A stretch of DNA of 64,000 bases, from NCBI GenBank assembly GCA_964620045.1, contig CAZUJL010000001.1, positions 522,592-586,591 on the forward strand, read 5' to 3'. The notes beneath the pieces were generated by a model, which made no database searches, was not told the origin of the DNA, and was given only the letters and a program-made list of their open reading frames with translations. This DNA comes from an uncultured Nitrospirales bacterium (GTDB lineage Bacteria > Hydrogenedentota > Hydrogenedentia > Hydrogenedentales > GCA-2746185). Made by a program: the position numbers and the translations under genes. This document shows, piece by piece, positions 57,696-64,000 of this stretch. Positions within the stretch are counted from its first letter, which is position 1. Each line of letters begins with the position of its first letter.

Positions 57696-58577
57696 GTGGA
57701 ACGAGTGCATGGTTATCCGGATGAATACATGCCGTTAATTCCCACAATCCCGTTTTACCTCGCCGTCACCTGCTATCTGCTGGCGGCGGGGCTGGCGTTG
57801 CGCACCTTCCGCACGCCGGACGACCGCGCCCTCGCGCTGGCGCGGCACGCGGCCGGCGCGGGGAACACGCTGCTGCTGGCGGTGTTTGTGTATCGCTGGT
57901 GGCAGTTCGGCGCGGTCCCGTTCACGGGGATGGGCGATTCGCTGAACCTGTTTTTGGTGTTGTGCACGGGAATCATGTTGACGGTGCAGCGGCGGGCGGA
58001 GATGCGGCCGTTGCTCGTGTATTACTTCCCGGCGCTCGCCGTGATGGCGATCATCAGCGGACTCGTCGGCCCGCGTTATTTAAGCGACGCGCCGAAAGCG
58101 TTGAATGGATTGCTGCTCACCGTGCACGTCGGCCTCGTGTTCCTCTCCTTCGCGCTGTTCTTCGTCGCAAGCCTCACCAGCGCGGCCTACGCCGCAAAAG
58201 CACAGAAGCTGAAAAAACTCTCTACCGGCGGATTCACCAGTCGCCTGCCGTCGCTGGATCTGCTCGATGGGACGCTCTACAAACTGATCGCGGCCGGCTA
58301 TATCTCCTTCGTGCTCACCGCCGCGCTCGGTCTCGGCTGGGCCTTCAGCGCGCGTGACCTGCTGGGCGAGTACTGGTACATCTCGCCGAAAATTTTCCTC
58401 TCGTTCGCGATGGTGGCGCTCTACGCCGTGTGTTTCCACGGCCGTGGCCTGGGGCTGCTGCGCGGCCCAAACCTCGCGTATCTCGTGTCCTTCGGCTTCT
58501 TCTCCCTGCTCGCGATCTATCTCGTGATGAGCACCTTCCAGGTCGGCGGCGCTGAGTTCTGGGGGAACGCTTCATGA
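57696..58577 (+). CDS. Cytochrome-c-assembly-family membrane protein (HemX/CcsA-like) preceding hemA
   Basis: Eight predicted TM helices. Sits in the position of B. subtilis hemX. Its stop overlaps the hemA start. Confidence 0.55.
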   Translation: MERVHGYPDEYMPLIPTIPFYLAVTCYLLAAGLALRTFRTPDDRALALARHAAGAGNTLLLAVFVYRWWQFGAVPFTGMGDSLNLFLVLCTGIMLTVQRRAEMRPLLVYYFPALAVMAIISGLVGPRYLSDAPKALNGLLLTVHVGLVFLSFALFFVASLTSAAYAAKAQKLKKLSTGGFTSRLPSLDLLDGTLYKLIAAGYISFVLTAALGLGWAFSARDLLGEYWYISPKIFLSFAMVALYAVCFHGRGLGLLRGPNLAYLVSFGFFSLLAIYLVMSTFQVGGAEFWGNAS

Positions 58578-59848
58578 GCCTGATCGTCTCCGGCATGAAC
58601 CACCGCACCAGCGAGCTGGCGCTGCGCGAGCGCGTCGTGTTCGCGGCGGAGGCCTTGCCGAAAGCCGTCAAGACCCTGCGCGGCAATGTTGAAGATGCCG
58701 GCGTCGTAATCCTGAGCACGTGCAACCGCTCGGAGATTTACCTGAACCACGCGGGCGACGCGCCCTATCTGCACCACGAAGTGCGCAAGTTCCTGAGCAC
58801 GTGGCACGGCATTCCGGAAAACGAGATCGGCCCAGCGTTGTACGAATACGAAGGCCGCGAGACCGTGGGGCATTTGTTTCGCGTGGCCGCGAGCCTCGAC
58901 AGTCTCGTCGTCGGCGAGCAGCAAATCCTGGGGCAAGTGCACGACGCCTACCTGCTCGCGCACCAGGAACAAGCGACCGACAAAGTCATCAACGCGCTAT
59001 TCCAAAAGGCCTTCACCACCGCGAAGCGCGTGCGCACGCAAACCACCATCGGCGAAGGCAAGGTATCGGTGAGTTCGGTCGCGGTCGATCTCGCCGTGTC
59101 GATCTTTACCGATCTTTCCAGCGCGACCGTGGTCGTGATCGGTTCGGGCGAGATGAGCGAACAGACGCTGCAGCATCTGGTGCAGCAAGGCGTCGGCCGC
59201 GTCATCGTGGCGAACCGCACGATCGAAAACGCCCGCGCGCTGGCGCAACGTTTCGGCGGCGAGGCCATCGCGTTGGACGCGCTGGACGCGCGGCTGCACG
59301 AAGCGGACATCGTCGTCAGCTCGACCGGCGCGCCGGGCCTCGTGGTGCACGCGCACCAGTTGCAGGACGCGCTGTGGAAGCGCGGCCAGAAGCCGATGTT
59401 CCTCATCGACATCGCCGTGCCGCGCGACATCGACGCCGCCGCGAACCAGCTCGACAACATCTACCTCTACACCATGGACGATTTGCAGGTCGTCGCGGAC
59501 CGCAACGTCGAAGCGCGGCGCGAGGCGATCGAGCGCAGCCTGGAGCTGGTCGACGCCGGCGTGGAGCAATTCTGGCGCTGGATGCGCGGCCTCGCGGCCG
59601 AGCCGACCATCGTGTCGTTGTCCAAGGAACTCGACGACATCCGCCTGCGAGAACTCCAAAAAACGCTCTCGAACATGCCCGGCCTGACGCCGGAGCAACG
59701 CGAAGAAATCGAATACCTCACCAAGCGGCTCGTGAGCAATATCCTGCAGCGGCCCCTCACCGAAATTAAGCAACAGGCGCACACCGAAGAGCACGGCAGC
59801 GTGCTGCAGGCCGTGCGGCGGCTGTTCGGCCTGAAGGAAGGAACGTGA
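58574..59848 (+). CDS. hemA: Glutamyl-tRNA reductase
   Basis: VVILSTCNRSEIY active-site Cys; NADPH-binding GSGEM. Confidence 0.9.
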   Translation: MSLIVSGMNHRTSELALRERVVFAAEALPKAVKTLRGNVEDAGVVILSTCNRSEIYLNHAGDAPYLHHEVRKFLSTWHGIPENEIGPALYEYEGRETVGHLFRVAASLDSLVVGEQQILGQVHDAYLLAHQEQATDKVINALFQKAFTTAKRVRTQTTIGEGKVSVSSVAVDLAVSIFTDLSSATVVVIGSGEMSEQTLQHLVQQGVGRVIVANRTIENARALAQRFGGEAIALDALDARLHEADIVVSSTGAPGLVVHAHQLQDALWKRGQKPMFLIDIAVPRDIDAAANQLDNIYLYTMDDLQVVADRNVEARREAIERSLELVDAGVEQFWRWMRGLAAEPTIVSLSKELDDIRLRELQKTLSNMPGLTPEQREEIEYLTKRLVSNILQRPLTEIKQQAHTEEHGSVLQAVRRLFGLKEGT

Positions 59849-60804
59849 GGGATCGCGTCGTCATCGGATCGCGCGGCAGCAAGCTCGCGCTCGTGCAGTC
59901 CAACCACGTGGCGGATCTGCTGCGCGCCGCCGCACCGGGCCTGAAAGTCGACATCGAGATCATCTCGACCCGCGGCGATCGCATCATCGATCGTCCGCTG
60001 GCGGAGATCGGCGGTAAGGGCCTGTTCACCGAAGAACTCGAACGCGCGCTGCGCGACAAATCCATCGACATCGCCGTGCACAGCCTGAAGGATCTGCCTG
60101 TGCAGGATCCGCAAGGCTTGATAGTGGCCGCGATCCCGAAACGCGCGACCCCGAACGACGCGCTCGTGGCGCGCGAAGTGAAATCGCTCGGCGCGTTGAA
60201 ACAGGGCGCGCGCATAGGAACTTCCAGCCTGCGGCGCAAAGCACAGCTATTGCTGAAGCGTCCCGATCTCGAAATCGTCGATCTGCGGGGCAACGTCGAT
60301 ACGCGCATCGCAAAGGTCTTGGAGCGCGGCGAATTGGATGCCGCGGTGCTGGCCTGCGCCGGACTCGAGCGCATCGGCCGCGCGGATGTGATCGTCGAAA
60401 AATTGCCGCCGGACGTGATGCTGCCGGCGCCCGGTCAGGGTGCCTTGGGCATCCAATGCCGCATTGATGACGCGGACGTGCTCAGCCTGCTCGGGAAACT
60501 CGACCACGCCGACACACGCACGGAAGTGACCGCGGAGCGCGCGCTGCTGGAAGGCCTCGGCGGCGGGTGCCAGGCGCCGATCGGCGCGCTGGGCGAGGCC
60601 TCCCCCGCGGCGAACGGCATGACGGGCGTGACGCTGTTCCGCGTGACCTGCGGTGTGTTTTCCGTCGACGGCGGGCCCAGCGTGCGCATCGCAACCCATG
60701 CTGTTCCCGGCACGCCGCCGAGCCTTGTAACCGATGTTGTCGAAGTGGTTCTGGAAAAAATGCGCGCCGGCGGCGCAGACAAAATCATCGCGCAATACCG
60801 ATGA
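59845..60804 (+). CDS. hemC: Hydroxymethylbilane synthase (porphobilinogen deaminase)
   Basis: IGSRGSKLALVQ; cofactor Cys in LGGGCQAPIG. Confidence 0.9.
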   Translation: MRDRVVIGSRGSKLALVQSNHVADLLRAAAPGLKVDIEIISTRGDRIIDRPLAEIGGKGLFTEELERALRDKSIDIAVHSLKDLPVQDPQGLIVAAIPKRATPNDALVAREVKSLGALKQGARIGTSSLRRKAQLLLKRPDLEIVDLRGNVDTRIAKVLERGELDAAVLACAGLERIGRADVIVEKLPPDVMLPAPGQGALGIQCRIDDADVLSLLGKLDHADTRTEVTAERALLEGLGGGCQAPIGALGEASPAANGMTGVTLFRVTCGVFSVDGGPSVRIATHAVPGTPPSLVTDVVEVVLEKMRAGGADKIIAQYR

Positions 60805-61589
60805 ACGCGCCGCTCGAAAAACCGCTCACCGGCAAAAAAATCGTCGTCACGCGCGCCCGGGCGCAGTCCGACAAGCTCGCGAAAATGTTGGAAGACCTCG
60901 GCGCAGCAGTGATCGAGTTTCCCACAATCGAGATCAAACCCATCTCCCCTCCCCCGCCGATCCCGCCGTTGAGCGGATTCGACTGGATTGTGTTGACCAG
61001 CGTGAACGGCGTAACCACATTCTTGGATGCGCTGAACCGCGGACACGCGGATGGCGATCTGCGCAACTGCCGTGTCTGTGCCGTAGGCCCCGGCACGACG
61101 AGCGCGCTGCGCGATCGCGGCGTGAAAGTGGACGTCACCGCGAGCGACTACCGCCAAGAAGGCGCGCTCGACGTGTTGCAGGAAACCGATCCTCTGCTCG
61201 GCGGCAAACACTTCCTGCTGCCGAAGGGCGATCTGGCGCGCGAATTTCTGCCCGAAGAACTGCGAAAACTTGGCGCGCAGGTGACCGAGCTTGTCGTCTA
61301 TCAGACCGTCAGCGTCGCGACCGATCCGGCGAAAGTCCGCGCGATGATCGACGCCCGGCCGGACGCCGTTACCTTTACCAGCGGCTCCACGGCGCGCAAT
61401 TTCGCGCAGATCGTGGGCGCCGAAAACCTGCAGCGCATGAACGGCGTGCTCTTCGCCGCCATCGGGCCGGAGACGGCCGCCGCCGCGCGCGCCTGCGACA
61501 TTCCGGTGTACCTGGAGCCGGCGCAGCACGATCTGCAGGCTCTCGTGCGGGCGCTGGCGAAGGCCTTTACCGGCCGCGAACTGGAATGA
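60801..61589 (+). CDS. hemD: Uroporphyrinogen-III synthase
   Basis: Starts MNAPLEKPLTGKKIVVTRA and overlaps the hemC stop (ATGA). HEM4 fold, ~262 aa. Confidence 0.75.
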   Translation: MNAPLEKPLTGKKIVVTRARAQSDKLAKMLEDLGAAVIEFPTIEIKPISPPPPIPPLSGFDWIVLTSVNGVTTFLDALNRGHADGDLRNCRVCAVGPGTTSALRDRGVKVDVTASDYRQEGALDVLQETDPLLGGKHFLLPKGDLAREFLPEELRKLGAQVTELVVYQTVSVATDPAKVRAMIDARPDAVTFTSGSTARNFAQIVGAENLQRMNGVLFAAIGPETAAAARACDIPVYLEPAQHDLQALVRALAKAFTGRELE

Positions 61590-61644
61590 GTTTTTAAGCG
61601 GGTATTGCCTGCTATGATTTGGAGTTGAATAGAGCGAGGTCCCC

Positions 61645-62634
61645 ATGAATTTTCCGATTACAAGAATGCGCCGGATGCGGCGGAACGCGACCCTGCGGCG
61701 GATGGTGCGCGAAACGCGGCTGTCGGTGGACAACCTGATCCTGCCGCTGTTCGTGCGCGAAGGCCGCGATGTGAAGATCGCGATCAAATCCATGCCCGGC
61801 AACTACCAGTGGAGCGTGGACACGCTGACCGAGGAATGCCGCGCGGTACAGCAGCTCGGCATCCCGGCCGTGATCCTTTTCGGCATTCCCGATCACAAAG
61901 ACGCGGAAGGCACCTCGGCCCACGCGGACGACGCGATCGTGTGCCGCGCGGTGGAAAGCATCAAGCGCGCGTGTCCTGACCTGTGCGTGATCACCGACGT
62001 CTGCCTGTGCGAATACACGGACCACGGCCACTGCGGGATCATCGCCGAAAACCTCGACGGCAACCTGGATGTGGACAACGACGCGACCCTCGATGTGCTC
62101 GTGAAGGAAGCCCTGGCGCATGCGCGCGCGGGCGCCGATGTCGTCGCGCCGTCAGACATGATGGACGGCCGCGTAGCGGAAATCCGCGACGCGCTGGACG
62201 ACAACGGTTTCCAAAACCTGCCGATCATGGCCTACAGCGCGAAGTTCGCGTCGGCCTTCTACGGGCCCTTCCGCGACGCGGCGGAGTCGCCCCCGCAGTT
62301 CGGCGATCGCTCGAGCTACCAGATGGACCCGCCGAACCTGAAAGAGGCCCTGCGCGAGATCGCGATGGACATCGAAGAAGGCGCGGACGTGATCATGGTG
62401 AAGCCGGCGCTGCCGTACCTCGACGTGATCCGGCGCGCGGCGGACGAATTCGATCTGCCGCTGGCGGCGTACAATGTCTCGGGCGAGTTCTCGATGATCA
62501 AAGCGGCGGCCGCGAATGGCTGGATCGACGAGCGGCGCGCGGCGATGGAATGCCTGACGGCGATTCGCCGCGCGGGCGCAGACATGATCCTGACCTACTG
62601 GGCGAAGGATGCAGCGGGATGGCTAAAGGGATAA
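61645..62634 (+). CDS. hemB: Porphobilinogen synthase (delta-aminolevulinate dehydratase)
   Basis: Active-site lysines and Zn-site Cys (DVCLCEYTDHGHCG); 329 aa. Confidence 0.9.
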   Translation: MNFPITRMRRMRRNATLRRMVRETRLSVDNLILPLFVREGRDVKIAIKSMPGNYQWSVDTLTEECRAVQQLGIPAVILFGIPDHKDAEGTSAHADDAIVCRAVESIKRACPDLCVITDVCLCEYTDHGHCGIIAENLDGNLDVDNDATLDVLVKEALAHARAGADVVAPSDMMDGRVAEIRDALDDNGFQNLPIMAYSAKFASAFYGPFRDAAESPPQFGDRSSYQMDPPNLKEALREIAMDIEEGADVIMVKPALPYLDVIRRAADEFDLPLAAYNVSGEFSMIKAAAANGWIDERRAAMECLTAIRRAGADMILTYWAKDAAGWLKG

Positions 62635-63239
62635 TGCAGCGCGCAAGCGCCTGCGCAGTTCTCGCGCTAACACTTGCGTTCGCGCCGTTTACGTTTGCCG
62701 ATGATCCGTCCGACGGAACGGAAGCGTCGGTAAAACCTCGCACGCCTAAGGCGGCGCCTGCAGCAGCAGACGCCCCTGCACCCGCCGCGCCGGAAGCTGC
62801 TGAAGCCGCCACAACCGAAACCGCTCCGAACTTCACCTTGCCAAATACCCAGGCAGGCATGACGCGCATCAAGTGGCCGCGCGAAAAAGCCGTGTTTCTC
62901 ACCTTCGGTGAGCAGGCCAGCCAGACGGCGACGCAAGCGTGGAGCGGCAAGATGAAAGAGCACTACGCGGAGACGATGGAATTCGTCGGCATTGCGTGGC
63001 TCGCGCGGATTCCAAAGGAAATGCACGTCGCTGCCGAGACCATCATCAAGGCCTCATATCCGGATGTCCTGATGGACAAGAGCGGCTCGTGCGCGGAGCG
63101 CTACCAGTGCAAGCCCGGCATCGTAAACGCCTTCCTCATCGCGCCGGACGGCACGATCCTCAAGCGCATCCACGAGCCGATGACGGACGAAAACTTTGCC
63201 GAAGTCGAAAAACTGGTCGCACCGCACATAAAAAAGTAA
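62634..63239 (+). CDS. Secreted thioredoxin-fold (redoxin-like) protein, coupled to hemB
   Basis: Its ATG overlaps the hemB stop (TAATG). Signal peptide ...PFTFA|DD. C-terminal CAERYQCKPGIVNAFLIAPDGTILKRI, redoxin-like. Replaces the artefactual 61983..63239 ORF. Confidence 0.45.
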   Translation: MQRASACAVLALTLAFAPFTFADDPSDGTEASVKPRTPKAAPAAADAPAPAAPEAAEAATTETAPNFTLPNTQAGMTRIKWPREKAVFLTFGEQASQTATQAWSGKMKEHYAETMEFVGIAWLARIPKEMHVAAETIIKASYPDVLMDKSGSCAERYQCKPGIVNAFLIAPDGTILKRIHEPMTDENFAEVEKLVAPHIKK

Positions 63240-63259
63240 CAACCCTCACGGAGATCCAC

Positions 63260-63775
63260 ATGAATCACGACGAGCACATGAAGTCGCGGCGGGAAATTCT
63301 GATGGCGGGCGGCGTGATCGCGGCGAGCGCGGCGCTGGTCGGCAGCGCGCACGCGCAGGATGCCGTGCCGGATCTGAAGTATGAATACCTCTGCTCCGCG
63401 GAAGCGGAACTGGAGCCGGGCCAGCCTGTCGGCAAGTCGCCGCTGGGTACGCGCACCATCGTGTACGTGAAATCCGGCATCGTGAAGGGGCCGAAGATCA
63501 ACGGCAAAGTGCTACCGGGTGGTGGCGACTGGTACCTCACGCGGCCGGACGGCGTCGGCGAGGTGGATGTACGCGCGACGATCGAAACCGACGACGGCGC
63601 GCTGATTTACACGCACTACAAGGGCGTCATCGACGCGAAGAACGGCTACTTCCGCACCACGCCGCGCTACGAGACGAGCAGCGAAAAATACGCGTGGCTG
63701 AACAGCATTGTGGCAGTGGGCGTCGGCTCGAGCATTGCGAAGGGCGTCCGCTACGACATCTTCCGGATTCTGTAA
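63260..63775 (+). CDS. Tat-signal DUF3237-family protein
   Basis: SRREILMAGGVIAASAALVGSAHA Tat signal; LPGGGDWYLTRPDGVGEVDVRATIETDDGALIYTHYKGV, typical of DUF3237. Confidence 0.55.
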   Translation: MNHDEHMKSRREILMAGGVIAASAALVGSAHAQDAVPDLKYEYLCSAEAELEPGQPVGKSPLGTRTIVYVKSGIVKGPKINGKVLPGGGDWYLTRPDGVGEVDVRATIETDDGALIYTHYKGVIDAKNGYFRTTPRYETSSEKYAWLNSIVAVGVGSSIAKGVRYDIFRIL

Positions 63776-63807
63776 ACGCTTTACCGTCAGCAAACATTTC
63801 TCAGCCC

Positions 63808-63850
63808 CATGCGTCCGCGCGGATTCAACACCGCGCGGATTTTTCTTTGC
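63808..63850 (+). terminator. Rho-independent terminator
   Basis: ccgcgcgga-ttcaacac-cgcgcgg followed by atttttcttt. Confidence 0.5.
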
Positions 63851-63915
63851 GCGGCGGACTTGCGGGCGGCATTTTTACTTGGCATAGTGGCAACGACTGT
63901 CGGAGTCGGAGTGAG

Positions 63916-64000
63916 GGCTGTGTCATGTCGCGTGAAGATGTGATCAAGGAAATCGCGAAAGCGAAGCGGCACGTGAAGATGGTGATCTGCAACCGCAAGT
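63916..64000 (+). CDS. Partial CDS (5' end only), unknown
   Basis: Open frame MSREDVIKEIAKAKRHVKMVICNRK... continues past the window edge. Confidence 0.3.

Noticed and set aside
61983-62633. 5' part of ORF 61983..63239 overlapping hemB
   Set aside because: The translation is Arg/Pro/Gly-rich junk until the signal peptide MQRASACAV. The true gene starts at the ATG overlapping the hemB stop (62634).

Overview
This 64 kb window is a high-GC (~65%) bacterial chromosomal segment, densely coding on both strands, with no rRNA, tRNA, CRISPR array or obvious transposase. Several genes point to the Planctomycetota/Verrucomicrobiota (PVC) superphylum: the PSCyt/DUF1549/DUF1553 plus DUF1501 gene pair, a Ser/Thr-kinase–FGE fusion, and FlhF/FlhG-type flagellar regulation. 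The window has six parts.

(1) Sulfur block (181–6957): a methyltransferase–ATP-grasp fusion, a ferredoxin-type sulfite/nitrite reductase and a coupled His-rich unknown. These are followed by a clear SAM-I (S-box) riboswitch with its terminator, which precedes a threonine-synthase-like PLP enzyme and a MoaD/ThiS-type sulfur-carrier protein ending in GG-Cys.

(2) Envelope-looking block (6973–11983): two paralogous membrane-anchored SGNH (GDSL) hydrolases flank a convergent sulfatase-family protein that lacks the C/S-x-P-x-R motif.

(3) Housekeeping and peptidase genes: pepF, DUF885, fba, ispH, folD, a nucleotide-sugar dehydrogenase, priA, pncAB, ilvB, rpsA and hemX-ACDB.

(4) Convergent accessory pair (18584–25428): [YdiJ-like FAD/Fe-S oxidase → tandem SagB-type nitroreductase → unknown] faces [HEAT-like unknown → pentapeptide-repeat protein → small MBL hydrolase]. 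Stop and start codons overlap within each operon.

(5) Flagellar block (37496–50286): a PilZ protein and a very acidic secreted protein with a poly-Gly linker, a CFIATAAYG module, a TM helix and an RRR tail. These lie immediately upstream of a flagellar export operon, fliQ-fliR-flhB-flhA-flhF-flhG, that lacks fliP, has an FlhB NPTT site and ends in a fused-on SAM methyltransferase. A 15-repeat FG-GAP lipoprotein lies downstream.

(6) Structured non-coding elements: the S-box riboswitch, nested inverted repeats at 34.88–35.02 kb, an AT-rich palindrome at ~50.3 kb and an AT-rich hem-operon leader.

Many long ORFs in the six-frame track are antisense artefacts of the high GC content and were not called. 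Coordinates that I indexed by hand, rather than derived from the ORF track, may be off by 1–2 nt.
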